In this document: in pieces, positions 14,640-29,400 of the stretch
How positions within the stretch are numbered: the first letter of the stretch is position 1
Layout of the letters: every line of letters begins with the position of its first letter
Assembly: GCF_028641065.1 (NCBI RefSeq)
Contig: NC_073405.1
Coordinates: 17,360,001-17,424,000 of the forward strand
Origin: Leucoraja erinacea
Lineage: Eukaryota
DNA length: 64,000 nt
Direction of reading: 5' to 3'
Translations under genes and position numbers: made by a program
Notes under the pieces: generated by a model
What the model was told of the DNA's origin: nothing
Seen by the model: the letters and a program-made list of their open reading frames with translations, nothing else
Databases searched by the model: none

Positions 14640-15620
14640 GCCAATATGCTCATTATTACAGCGTTGTGGATTCGTTTTTGTGCCACTTGATAGCAATATC
14701 GGTGAACTCTTCCATCAGTTTTTGCTGACGACCGAGAGTAGACTGATGAGCGATAATTAACAAAATTGGATTTGTCCAATTACTTGTTGACAGGACATAC
14801 CTGGGCAATTTTCCACATTGTCTGGTAGATGGCAGTGTTGTAGCTGTACTGCAACAGCTTGGCCAAGGCCGCAGTAAGTCTGGACAAGAAGTCTTCAGTA
14901 CTGTAAGGGGAATTTTGTTAGGGCCCATAGCCTTTGCTGTATCCAAAGCCTTTAGCAGTTTCCTGATATCAAGTGTGAATTGAATTGGCTAAAGACTGCT
15001 GAGAACCACTGTGGGAGGCCAAGATGGAACATCGACATGGCAGTTCTGATTGAGGATACTTGCAAATGCTTCAGCTTTCATTTTTGCACTGGTGTGCTAG
15101 ACATACCCATCGTTGAGAATGGGGTGTTTGTGGAGCTGCCTCCTGGGAGTTGTTTAATTATTCACACCAGGATGTGCAGAACGGTAGAGCTTAGACCTGA
15201 CCCATTGGTTGTGGGATCACTTTGCTTTCTACTGCATGCTATTTGGCATGCATGCACTCCTTGAAGCTTCACCAGGTCGGTCCCTCTATCTGAGGTATGC
15301 CTAGTGCTCGTCCTGACATGCCCACTTGGTCTCTTCATTGAACCAGGGCTGATCACCTGGTTTGACAGTGTTGATACAGCATGGAATATGAGGTTGCAGA
15401 TTGTGGGTAGTTCTGCTGCTGCTGATTGCTCGCTGTACCTTATGAATACCCAGTCCTAAGCTATTGGGTCTGGGTTTGTAGACTGCCCCATTTAGCATGG
15501 TAGTAGTGACGCACAACGTGAAGTTGGGATTCTGTCTCCATAGGACTTTGTGGTGGTCATTCCCACCAATACTGTCATGGATAGATACATCTTTAACAGA
15601 TAGATTGGTGAAAATCAGAA
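14640..15620 (-). mobile_element. Old non-LTR LINE fragment (CR1/L2 group)
   Basis: Minus-strand remnants DTAKAMGPNKIPLTVLKTSCPDL (K..GPD.IP..VLK) and TVKPGDQPWFNEE. Confidence 0.6.
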
Positions 15621-15724
15621 CAAGTACTTGAGTTGTACTATTTTGTTACTGCAGTTATTGTAAGTAACTGTTAACTTTGGCAATGGATATGATTTTTTTT
15701 AAATATATATGTATATCCTTTTGA

Positions 15725-15886
<162 letters not shown>

Positions 15887-16850
15887 TGACTTTTATATTT
15901 CTTTTAAAGATAAAAGGATTATTTCTACATGTACTTTTTGGTCATATTTATAACTTCCATATAGTGAGGTTCCAAAACTTCATAAAGTAGATGGTTTGTT
16001 AAAATTCACAAAATCTGAAATTGGAACCCAACAAGACCCTTGTGCAATATGTACAGCGCTTGGGCAAGGGGCAGCATACAGTCTGCTCAAAGAAAATACC
16101 ATTTAAAAAAAAATAGGCTGCCTGTCTTCATTTAAAGTCATCCTAATTTAGACTTCTTTTGATTGGATATCCTTGTACTCCAAATTCCATAGCTGCAGGG
16201 CTGTTGAAAAGGGCTAAATTGGACATAAATACCTAATAACACCACTCGTGAGACAGGAAGAGGAGGAGTGGTTACTCTCCTACCCGGCAAGCTATCAAAT
16301 AAACCATAACCCACCAGCCATCATCTGTTTATACAGATATTATGGAAAGGTAATTCAATTGGGGAATGTTACTAGTTAAGTTAATTTGCATTCGTAAATT
16401 GAATTAATAGGGCTAGTAATTTGTGTCTTTGACTTTTAAACTGTTGATTTCATTATCTCTATGACCTCTGATCTTTTGATAAATGCTGTGCTTATTTATT
16501 TCCAAGATCATGTGTGGATATTTTTTCAATAATCTCAATGCCACTTTGAAACTAATACAGTAAACCCACTCAATAAAGGTCCTCTATATAGTAGATTATG
16601 GTTATAGCAGACCAAGGTTCTGGTTGCATCCCTCGCAACCCCCCCCCCCCCCCCCCACATTGCATGCTTCCAGTTGCGGAAATAGAGAGAGTGAGTAGCA
16701 TGAAGGCGACGTGAGTACCAGATCCGTCCGTGTGTGGGGCCAGGGGCTCTGCTCTGCGACTCCCTGGCGTGTGAATTCCAGCTTGTTTAACACCCCATCC
16801 TCTCCTTCCACCCCCAATGCTCCGTTTCTTCCCTCCCAATCTCGAGTTAA

Positions 16851-17357
<507 letters not shown>

Positions 17358-18589
17358 TGAATGATTGCTTGTCTCTTGTGGACTTAAACTATCTTTACTT
17401 TAGATGTTCTTGTGCAATGCTAACAATCTTATGTGGCCAAATGTGTGTATTTGCTTTTCAATGAGCACCAATTTGGAACTTGACTAACTTAAATAATTTA
17501 TCGGATTTGAGTTCAGTTTACAGATATTGTTATAGTTAGTTCTGTGTACACTTATAGAAACCCGACAGCAATAGTGGGTATGGTTGAGCCATCTTGGATT
17601 AATTAGTAGTGCCGCTTTAGGCCAAATGTAATTGTTCGCAGCTATCCGATGGATCTAGTCCTTTCTGATTTAGATGGAGCCATTACTTCAGCACCTCTGC
17701 AGACCTTTGCAGTTCGGAGACCATGACATGTTTACTATTTTCCTTTATTTCCTGTTTCTTTTAATCTTTGTATTGTCTCTGCAACTATGGAGGAAATAAT
17801 GTGATGAGTGTGGGACTTGCTAAAGAATTTTCAAAAAAATGTTGTATACTTCAGTCAAATAGCAATTTCTGAGCTTAATTTTATTTTTATGAGGATCTTG
17901 TTAAAGGGCAGCATTGTTGGATTAATTGATCTCCAAGATCCTCTAATGATTGTTTTAGGTAATGCTGGATAGTTTGGTTAAGTCCCACCAGCAGATTTCT
18001 CTCACATTTTGTAAGACCCAGACTGAATATGGACTTTGATTTCAAAACACTTTGGTTATGAGGTTAGGGAGAAACAAATTCATTGAGTTATTGATCTTCC
18101 ATTGAGGTATTATCTTTGCAGATTAATACCTCGTTGGCCCAGCAAGGGTGGTTAAATCTTGATTTGACTAAAATATTTATGACCCGACATGGGAAAAGAG
18201 AATTGGTAGAGACTTGTTTTGGGGCCACCTTAGTGGGTGGCAGTCTGAAGGTGGCTTTTTTTTCTGGTGAGAAGGTGTAATTATTCACAGTTGGGAAGTG
18301 GCCTAAAATCGAAGTGGACTGGAACAACGTTGCATATGGTTTAGATTTTAAAATATTCACAAATGTGCTAAGTTTTCCACAATTTGCATTGTCATTTTTA
18401 GTTGCTTCCCACGTTTAAAAATCCCATTGTATTTTTCCCAGTGAAATGTCTGTCTAGTTATTTTATTACATTTATTCTATTTATTTCAAAGAAAATTGCA
18501 TAAAAGGGTATTTGTTAGGAAACATTTTAATTGATGTTATGAGGTGGGGTTTTTTTTGTTTTGTTTAGTTGAAATAAAATGGCAGATTT

Positions 18590-20643
18590 ATGTCATAGGA
18601 GCAGAATTAGGCCATTCACCCCTTCAAGTCTACTCTGCCATTCAATCATGGCTGATCTATCTTTCCCTCTCCACCCCATTCTCCTATTGTCTCCCCATAA
18701 CCTTTGACACCTTTACTAATCAATAATCTGTCAATCTCTGCTTAAAACATACCCTTTTACTTGGCCTCCACAGTTGTCTGTGGCAATAATTCCACAATTT
18801 CACCACCCCCTGACTAAATGATCTCCCGTCTAAAGGTACACCCTTTATTCTGAGGCTGTGCCCTCTGGTCTTAGATTCTCCCGCTAGTGGAAACATCCTC
18901 TCCTAATCCACTTTATCCAAGCGTTTTACTGTTCGGTTTAAATGAGATCCTCCCTCATCCTTCTAAACTCCATAGAGCACAGCCAAGTGCCGTCAAACAC
19001 TCATCATACATTAACCCAACCATCCCTGGGATTATTCTCTTCTGGACCCTCTCCAATGCCAGCACATTCCTCCTCAGATATGAGACCCACAAATGCTCGC
19101 AATATTCCACATGCGGTCATACCAGCGCCTTATAGAGCCTCATTATTAACATCCCTATTTTTATATTCTAGTCCTCTTGAAATAAATGCTCTCTTTGCAT
19201 TTGCCTGCCTTACTATCGATTCAATTTGCAAATTAACCTTTTAGAAATCCTGTACCAGCACTCCCAAGTTTCTTAACAGTCCAATTTCTGAATCTTCTCC
19301 CCATTTAGAAAATAGTCTAAGCTTTATTCCTACTACCAACGTGCATGACCTCACACTTAGATACGCTGTATTCCATCTGCCACCTCTTTGCTCATTCTCC
19401 CAACCTGTCCAAGTACTTCTGCTGACTCCTTGCCCCTCCACCTATCTTCGTATCATCTGCATACTTGACCGCAAAGCCTTCATTTCCATCATCCATATCA
19501 TTGATATGCAACATGAAGAATAGCGACCCCAACACCGACCCCTGCAGAACAACGCTAGTCACTGGCAACCAACCAGAATAGGCCCCCTTTATTTCCACTC
19601 TTTGACTTCTGCCATTCAGCCAACCTTCTATCCATGCTAGTATCTTCCCTCTAATACCATGAGCTCTCATCTTTAGCAGCCTCACGTATGGCACTGTATC
19701 AAAGGCCTCTGAAAATCCAGGTAAACAACTTCCACTGACTCTCCATTGTCAGTCCTGCTATTTACTTCATATGTTCATGTGATAGGAGCAGAATTGAACC
19801 ATTTGAGCCTAAATCTACGCTGCCATTAAATCATGGCTTATCTATCCCTCAACCCCATTCTCCTGCCTACCCATAACCCCTGACACATCTACTAATTAAG
19901 TATCTATCTATTTCTGCCTTAAACATATCCATTGTCTTGGCCTCCACAGCCTTATGTGGCAATGAATTCCACAGATTCATCACCCTCTGACAAAATAAAT
20001 TCCTCTTCATCTTCTTCCCAAAGGAATGTTCTTTAATTCTGAGGCTATTACCTCTGGTCCTAGACTCTCCCACAAAAGAAAACATCCTCTCCACATCCAC
20101 TTTATCCAGGCCTTTCACTATTCACTTTCTCAGGCAAGATCTCCCCTTCATAAAGCTATGCTAACTTCGGCCTATCTTATGTGCTTCTAAGTACTCGGGC
20201 GTCTTATCCTTAATAATGGACTCTAAAATCTAAAATTGTAGTTGGGCTAACCAGCCTATAGTTTCCCCTCTTCTGCCTCACTCCCTTCTTGAACAGCAGA
20301 GTAAGATTTGCAATTTTCTAGTCCTCTGGGATCACTCCTGATTCTAGTGATTCTTGAAAGATTACTACTAATGACTCCACGATCTTTAAAGCTATCTCTT
20401 TCAGAACCATGGAGTATAGTCCATCTGATCCTGGCGACTTATTCACCTTCACGCCTTTCAGCTTCCCAAGCACGTTCTCGTTAGTAATAGTCACTCCACT
20501 CGCTTCTGCCTCCTGAATTTTAGGCACGTTATGGGTATCTTCCGCTGGAAAGACTGACACAAACGTATACAATTCATCTACCATTTCTCTATTCCCCATT
20601 ACTACTTCTCCAGCATAATTTTCAAGTAGTCCAATGTCCATTC
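18590..20643 (-). mobile_element. CR1 LINE fragments (RT region, several pieces)
   Basis: ORFs read KVNKSPGSDGLY..VLKE, LAWIEGWLNGRSQRV..VTSVVLQGSVLG..KYADDTKIGG and KGLDKVDVERMF. Confidence 0.88.
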
Positions 20644-20644
20644 A

Positions 20645-21559
20645 TAAGTCTGAGCTGCAAATTGTACGTATTTTCCGTATTTTGTACAGAGATGAGATTA
20701 GAACACGTGTACGATTTTGTGTTAAATATGAAGAAGGGTCTCGACCAGAAATGTCCCCCAGAGTCGCTGCCTGTCCCGCTCCAGGTTTAAACAGAGCGCT
20801 GTCAGTTTAACACGTGGGAATTTAAACGAAGAGCTGTCGGCTACAGCGTTATGGATTCAAAAAATAGCGCTACCAGCTGGAGCGCTATGGGCTTTACACA
20901 TTGCGCTATGGCCATAGACTGTTCAGGAAAATTCTCGTATAACAATGAGTCTTTGGAATTCTCTTTCCAGATGGTAGTTGAGCCTTTGATTATTCTTTAG
21001 CCTAGTGGTGAAAGGTTACCAGTGGGGATTGCAGTTACATTGGGATTGGCCTTGATTTTACAGAACGGTGGGTGGGCTCAAGGGGGAGAGGGAGGTAGGG
21101 AATAAGAGAGGGAGGGAGAAAAAAAAAAGGAAGGAGAGGGAGGATTGGAGGGAAAGACGGGGGGGGGGGGGGGGAGGGGGAGGGAGGGAGGGAGGAGAAG
21201 AGGGGGGGAGAGAAGAGGGAGGGGGGAGAGAGAGAGAGGGGGGAGCGAGGGAGGCTTCCAAAATGGCTTCTACATCATCATCATCTGGTGCTAAAAGCAG
21301 GAAGCAGCCATTCAGACAGCAGTATACAAAGAGATGGTAATGAATGCACTGTCAAGTAAGAAATGCACTGTCAAGTAAGAAGACATGTCAATTGGTTGCA
21401 AAGTTATACATTCTTGTACTCTTACATGGGTATGACTGCACATAAAAATAACATTTTTTCAGCAAAATGGCACCGCGTAGAAGTGCTGATTTCCTCAGCA
21501 AAATACTGATTTTCAGGTACTAGAATACTGAAATGCTCTGACAAAACTTGGCATCTCTG
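20645..21559 (+). mobile_element. Probable non-autonomous DNA-transposon-derived insertion (hAT-like) interrupting the CR1
   Basis: Ends in ...CTTGGCATCTCTG. Contains GCGCT-rich subterminal repeats, a long G/A tract (~21075-21255) and a transposase-like start MASTSSSSGAKSRKQPFRQQYTKRW that is then deleted. Confidence 0.45.
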
Positions 21560-22640
21560 ACAAGTACTAGGAGCAGAATAAGGCCATTCAACCCATCAAG
21601 ACTACTCTGCCATTCAATCATGGCTGATCTATCTTTCCCTCTCAACCCCATTTTCCTGGCTTTGCCTCATAACCCCTAACACCCTTACTAATCAAGAAGG
21701 TGAGCCTATCTTTTCTTGGCTATCGTTTACTCTTTATATATCTGAAAATAAATTTGCTATCCTCTTATATTATTGGTTAGCTTACCATATTTTCTCCCTG
21801 ATTTGCCTTTTTATTTACCTTCTGTTGGTCTTTAAAATATTCTCATCCTCCAGCTTCCCAGTGATCCTTGCAATATTACATGCATCTTCTTTTAGTTTTA
21901 TGCTGTCTTTGACTTCCCTCGTCACCACGGTCACCTCATTCTCCCTTTGGAATCTTTCATTCTCTTTTGAATGAAAAGATCCTGCATTTTCTGAATTGCC
22001 CCCAGAAACTACTGCCATTGTTGCTCCAGTCATTCCTGCGAGGGTCCTTTTTGAATCAATTTTAATCAGCTCCCCCCTCATGCCTCTGTGGTTACCTTTA
22101 TCCAATAGTAATACTGACACATCTGATTTCATCTTCTCACTCTCAAACTGCAGGTTGAATTTTATCATATAATGCTCACTACCTCCTAGTGGTTCCTTTA
22201 TCTTAAGTTCCCTAATCAAATCCGGTTTGTAACACAAAGCCAAATCCAGAATTGCATTTTCCCTAGAAGGCTCAACTACAACCATCTCTTAGGCACTCTA
22301 CAAATTCCTTCTCTTGGGATCCAGTACCAACGTGATTTTCCCAGTCACCCTGCATATTGAAATCCCCCATACCCACTGTAAAATTGCCTTTCTTACGTGC
22401 CGATTGTATCTCCTGATGTAATTTGTACCCAACATCCTGACTAGGATTTTGGATACAAATTAGGCCTGTATGTAACTCCCATCAAGGTCTATTTACACTT
22501 GCAGTTTCTTATCTCTACCCACAAGGATTCCACATCTTCTGATCCTATGTCGTCCCTTACTAAGGACTGAATTTCATTTCTTACCAGCATAGCCACCCCA
22601 GCCCCTCTGCACACCTGCCTCTCTTTTCAATAGGATGTGT
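21560..22640 (-). mobile_element. CR1 LINE fragments including the AP-endonuclease C-terminus
   Basis: ORF 21815-22285 reads PSRENAILDLALC..PDLIRELKIKEPLGGSEHYMIKF, matching the T(R)..ILDL...LG.SDH motif. Confidence 0.85.
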
Positions 22641-23103
22641 AATCTTTTATACCTAGCATGTGGTAAACGTTGCAGCACCAATTCGAATCAAGGTGACATA
22701 CTTGAACCAGGTCAGTTTACTTTGGTGATAATACTTTCAAATTCCAGTGGGTTCATAATACGTTGTTATTAGGAGCAATTATGTACATGTAGAATGTAAT
22801 AGACATGAGATTACTTGATTTTGCTTGGCTGTACTAATTGTAGAAGTGAAGGATATTAAATTGTTGGATAATAGTATTGGATTATAACTCTTATGGGTAC
22901 AGTTGAGGTGTGCTAACTTGTGCATTTGTACAAACATGGTATGGATCTACTCCGATCAAGCATCTTAAAATTATTAGCTTCCACGTTGTCTTATGACCCG
23001 AGTTTTTTGGTGTCCTTTTGATTTTTTGAGGTGGTGTGAATTTTTACTAATTTCGATTTGTTTTTATTACTTTGAAGCTTTTGGCACCAACTTCTTGAGT
23101 TAA

Positions 23104-23451
<348 letters not shown>

Positions 23452-26400
23452 TTTAAAGCTTAAGCGCATTTGTAAGCATTTGATTAGAAATACACTGCTG
23501 AAAGGTGAATAAGTCCACTTGTGTAAAGCAACTCTTATTGTTGTGACAGACGTGTTTTGTCTACCATTACCATAGAATAAGTGAAAAGGATTTTTTTATA
23601 TTACTATTACTCTGGGATGCAATTAACAAGAAATGTTCAAATGTTTGATACCTTACCTTCCATATTACTTTTTTTCCACACACCCAATTAGGAGGAGAAA
23701 TATTGAACTAATACCTTAGTTCTGTAGATTTTGAAGTAGATGACTTTAATTTGCAATAGCCTCTTTTTAGTATGTTTTGTAACTAGGAGTTCGTGATCGA
23801 ATCCCTTGGTTGTAGGCAATTACATAATTCTACAACCTTTTTAGCATAGCTTCATATATTAGTGAACCTTTCTGAATTTAAATATGCCTGATTTCTTTCG
23901 TTAAAGTTAATCTGTTGAGAATTATTCATTTACACACTTGAACCATGTCTGTAGCTAATATTTTTCTGTACATGATATAAATTGTACCTTTGCTGTCCTC
24001 CAATTTCTCAAGAAAAACAGTGTGAAGAGTGAAAATTGCATTTGATTTGTTTTGCAGTATATAGTGCAAGAATGGAGTGTGGTAGCTTTAACCTATTTTG
24101 CCAAATTTCAAGGTGGAAGAACATGATTGGGAAGTTGTGTTTGAGAAGATTAAATGTTCCCGTAGGTTCCTGGAGATTCAAACCTTTGAACGTTTAGGTT
24201 TGTTGCACCCCATCTAGTGAACTCCATTGCATTTCTTTATTAACTTTTTTGTTTTTGCATAATTGACATGCTAAGCTGGGATAATGCGTCAGAATAGAAA
24301 GTACTTAAATGTTTTTCCATGCAGGTTAGCTGTCAACACAAAGCTTTGTTAAAATAGATTTAAAGAATAATCTAAAAGTTTTATCAAACTGCCTTTGAAT
24401 TTTGTTAATGTTCTGTTATATAATTTCTTTTCATTTTGTTTCCTTTGTTTTGTTTGACTATTGATTTTACTTTTGCATTTATGATCATTAAATTTGTTTT
24501 GTTTTGCTCCAATTTTGTTTTGTTTTGGGGTTTTTTTTTTCTGTTTTAAAATTAATTTGCTGTTTAGTGCTTCAATTTTATTTTACAATTTATGGTAGGG
24601 TTTTAGGGACCAGTGTGCCATCAGGCACCTGATCTTTAGGTATCCTGCCAAAGATTTTTACACCTTGTACTGAAGTGGGCTTCACAGAGCATCTATTTTT
24701 ATAAACAATCTTTTTACAGGGGTGCTAGCAGGGGATTTTGAATGGAAAGTTTTGTATGCCAACCAGTAAACTTTTAAATAAGCTTCAACAGGTAGATTGC
24801 TGTAGCCGGCTTTTAAATCTTGTTAGAATTAAATGCAGACATAAATCCACTGGTCCTGTTTAAGTAAGGGCAGGCTGGAAAGATAGACTTGTTGCTTAGG
24901 CTTACCATATTATTCAGGATAGTGCTAAGTGATTTGGGGAAGCTAAACTATGTTAATGTACAAATGAGCCTGATTTCAAACTTGTGGCATAAGGAGCTGA
25001 CACTAAACGTAGCAATACATTAAATATTTTTGTGCCAAATGCAGTGCTGCATTTAAATATGAGACAAGGTTTTGAGAGTGTCTCAATTAGCATGTCTCAA
25101 AATAGTTTGTATACTTCAGTTACTTTTCTCATTCCCCAGCTTCCACGATTTTTAGGAAGAAGTAGTGGAGGAAATAGTGATAAAAACATGCAGTTCAATT
25201 TTCATATGTAAATATTGGACTGTAGCAACTTGCTGGAATGTTATTGTGATTGCATCTGAGGGGAATAAGACCATCCGATTAGCGGTGACTGATTTAAGGT
25301 TTTTGTATGTATCATTCTAGGCCTCTTCCTCCTAATTTTGCTGCTTTAAGTATTTAGAAGAAATTTACTTTTATTAGGATAAGAAGATAATTATAGCACT
25401 TAGAATTTGCTTTACATTGAGGTAGAAAATAGGACTTTACTCAATTTGAATAGAACTTGAAGTACTATGTACCTGAAATAATTTGGAAAAGCATGTTGAG
25501 GTAAAATAGCAAAGTATTCATTTATTTTGACTTCCACCACAAATTGTTGGCTTAAATTTGGTTTAAGGCTGATTATTCATCCGAGCAAACTGTTTTATTA
25601 TTCAACCAAGTTAAATATCTTCAATTTATTTAACTACATTCAGCATTTGTAAGACAACTCTGAAATGAGAATCTATCTGACAGCTTGGGTGCTTAATGGT
25701 GAGATGAAGTTTATATTATAGGAAGTATGGTTTATGGTTGGGTGATTATAATACTCAGCAATATACATCTCTACCAAGAGGTCTGTCTGTATTTGACAAA
25801 TGTTCCTTTTGGTATTTTGTGTATGATTAAAATGATAAAACTTTTGATAACAGAATTTTTTTAGTGGAATACTAGGCCAAATTTTCTACAATCATAAGCT
25901 GATAAATCCATGCTTATAAGTGAATAGTCAATTAATTTATATGTTGGTTTGGTGGCATATTTTTCCAGCTAAAGGGTATTGTGCAATTATTGTTCGACAT
26001 ATCATGGTCAGTGCTCCTTGAACTCCCATCTGACACACTTTAGAACACATTACTGCTTGGAGGTAAAACTAAATAAATTCAAACTTGCGTACATCTTCTA
26101 TAATTCACATTTCCCTCTTTCTTTACTGACCAACCTCCAGTTAATAGAAATTAGTTTCTGCTTAATACCATTAGCTTAAATGGTGTGATGTGTGATAACC
26201 AATCACTTTGCACTTTTGTTTGAAATAACTAATCACAACAAAATCAAAGCCAGTAAATATCAGAGATGTCACCCTCTGGTCTTCACTGTCTTGCTTTATG
26301 CCTGTGTGCTGTTGAGTGGTGAAGCCTTAATGCTGTATCCAAAATTAATTGTGATATCCAAAGTATTTGCTCTGTCCAAAGCAAAAGCTAAGTGAAGAAC

Positions 26401-29400
26401 TAGACCATGGGGTCGCATCCACTGATAATGCTTCACTATAGATCTTTTGTCTTTCAAAGGTATCATTCTTGTTTTGCTTACAGTTCATGAATTCTATTAA
26501 TTTGTGGAAACTGCACAGATTTTCCCAAGTGCTCAGTTGTCCACAAATGGTTTATTGCAAAATAACAGTAGACATTTAATTCCTTCAAATTTAGAAATAG
26601 TGACATTTTTTAAACCTCGATAGTTTTCAAATGGTTACATTTCCAAAGCAGCTGAACAACCATGTTGAATGGGATAAGTTCATCAATAAGATTTCTATAA
26701 TTAATTCCATCCCCTCTTATTCTTTGCCCAATTGCCCCAGCATTATCTCTCTCAATGTTTCCTCTTAAAATCACCACAAAATATCTACCATACTGCACCT
26801 TGTCAAAAAGTACAATGAAACCTGTAATATAGAGAAACTGTAGTTTCTTGCAAGTTTACAGTGTCAAAAGAATATGCATGATTCTGAAATAGATTTGACC
26901 TGTTTTTAAAAACTCTTAAAACAAAATGCAATTCCTGGTTTCATTCTCAGCATAGTTTGTGATTTTGCTGATTCTTCAGATAGTCCCATTCACTACATTT
27001 TGAAGAGCGACAGTTGACAATTACTATTTCTCTACTTTGTATCCATATGACTGCAAAGCCCCCATTTTTAGAGTTCTGTTGCTTGACAGGTTGTAATTTG
27101 ATGTAGATGTAACTTCTTGGATTGTAATGATAATGAAAACACCTGTACAATTATAATTTCATTTGGTGAGAGCCAAACATTACAGCCTGGTTTACAAATT
27201 GGATAGTACACACTCGGCTGTCTAGACAGTTTTATAGCTTCGGATAATTGGATTTCATGTGGTTATTTCTACGTAGAAAATAGTAGTTATGAAGCTCTTA
27301 TTTTATAACAAATCAGCCACTATTCACTTATAGGTGAGTAATGGCTATTTAAGCAAGTGGCTGAAGAGCTTGACAACATCATAATGTCTAACTCTTTTGG
27401 GAAAGTAGTTAGTTAAAAATAAATAAGAGAGAAATGGTGTTAATTTGTACCCAGTTATTCGGTAGATTTTTCTTGCTATATTTGGCCATTACTTTGTGTT
27501 TTGCACGAGTAGTTTAAATTGTCACCTTGTTAAGAATCCAGTCTTTCTGTTGAAAACTTTCATTATTTAACATTTTAAGTAAATGTATTTATATCCAAGT
27601 AATCTTGAGTATAGTTAGTAACGATTTTTTATTTATTGGATTTCTGTTGACTTATTAACCCGATCACTATTATTTTCAGACTTTGAGAATGGGTGGGATC
27701 GTTGGGTTGGAGGAGAGGAGAGAGGGATCATTCATATCCTATATCCATTCCAAGTACTCAATGAAAATTCTTTCTGGCTTAAAACTAAAGTAGGTGTTCG
27801 CCACTGATTTTTTTTTTTTTTGCTTTTAATATACTTTATTGTGGTTGAATTTTAGCGTGGGGAAACAGATTCAGGAGTATCAGGCCTGACCTGTAAATGT
27901 TGGAAAGTTATTTTTTTACAAAGGATCAGTGTTAGATCTTCCATCTGAAATTAAGCAGCTGAAATTGAGACAGGACCAGTGGATATTAAAACCCTCCAAT
28001 AGCTGAAATGCAGGCAATGCCAATGGATCTTTGTATTCTTCCTTTATCTCAAAGAAAATGAAAGGCAATGTTTTATGTTCAAACTAAAGGCAATAAAGGC
28101 TTCACATGCTCATCACACATATTGGGAGTTAAAATGGGACCAAATGTTAATTAGCACCTCTTCAGGAAAGAATGCACCTTCAGCTAATGCTATCAGATAA
28201 CACGTGAAGTTGCTTGAATATTAAAGTAGATTGACAACTATACAGGGCATTTCCTTTATTTTAGTTGCATCATTTTTTTTATTTTGTATATTTGTATATT
28301 CATTCATAGTATTATCTACAGAATATTTTTGATGCTGTCTCAACTAGTTTTTGTTTTTTTGCATTGTGCTTAATGGGAACTAGATTAATTTGTAGTGTAG
28401 AATGCTGACGTCATCTTGACATACTTGAATTCAATACTCTGGTATCAACAAAAATGTAGCAATCTGTTTGTTTGATGCTTTTATTAATTTCTGCGTGTAA
28501 AATTTATGCACACTATAAATTCAAACTCCATGACCTGCAGAAGATACAGGCAAATAAATGCTGCAAAAACCAAGCTTTTATGATCCTTGTATCTCCAACC
28601 AGAGGAAATGGTTTATATTAATTGTTAAAGTCATCTGTTTTTTCCTTGTAGGTTAATTTTGAACTGTCTTTAGGATAATCCCTCAGTTAAATTTCAACTA
28701 TATCTCATTGTATAAAGAGGTATCAAACAGCACTTTAAAAGTGTAGCCCTTAACAGCTTTAATTATGTTTTTCCCCTTTAAATTACAAAAAATAAACACA
28801 GATGTTCAGCCATGCTTAGTTACAGTTAGGCAAAGTTGATTTAATTGCCATATCATAACCAATTCAAATCTTTGACATTTCTGGCAAAGTTGTCTAATGT
28901 TCAGTACTGGACAACTACTTTTGATTTGCTATTATACATAAAATTGCCACACAAAAAATGGAGATGGTGTAGTGTAACTAATTGGATAAGGGGGTGTATT
29001 TGCAGTGGATTTTACAGCTGAAACACTAGATATCAAACATGGCCAAGACTTCATAGGGTGAAATGCATTTTGGGCCAAGCTGCCTGACCTCTGTAAAATG
29101 AAAATGTGGTTTACAAATTAGACATTGAGTTGCACTAATGCCTCCATTCTAGATTGTAGCTGTGCTTAGAATTGTTTATTTTGTAGAAGCAAAACATTGT
29201 TTAAATTAACTTTTTTAGTAAGAGACATGATGGAGTAATTTGAACATTTAAGTACAAAATAAAAAGCCCAGCCCACTTCTATAGTTTTGATTGAATTCAG
29301 AATTCAATCAAACTTTAGTCTTGTTAAAATTAACAGTGACACACATACCTCATGTGTGGCACAGTATCACAAGTTCTAGTGCATGCATTGGCATGTATAA

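Noticed and set aside
21058-21340. Pro-rich and Gly/Glu/Arg-rich ORFs
   Set aside because: Translation of a low-complexity purine tract inside a transposon-like insert.
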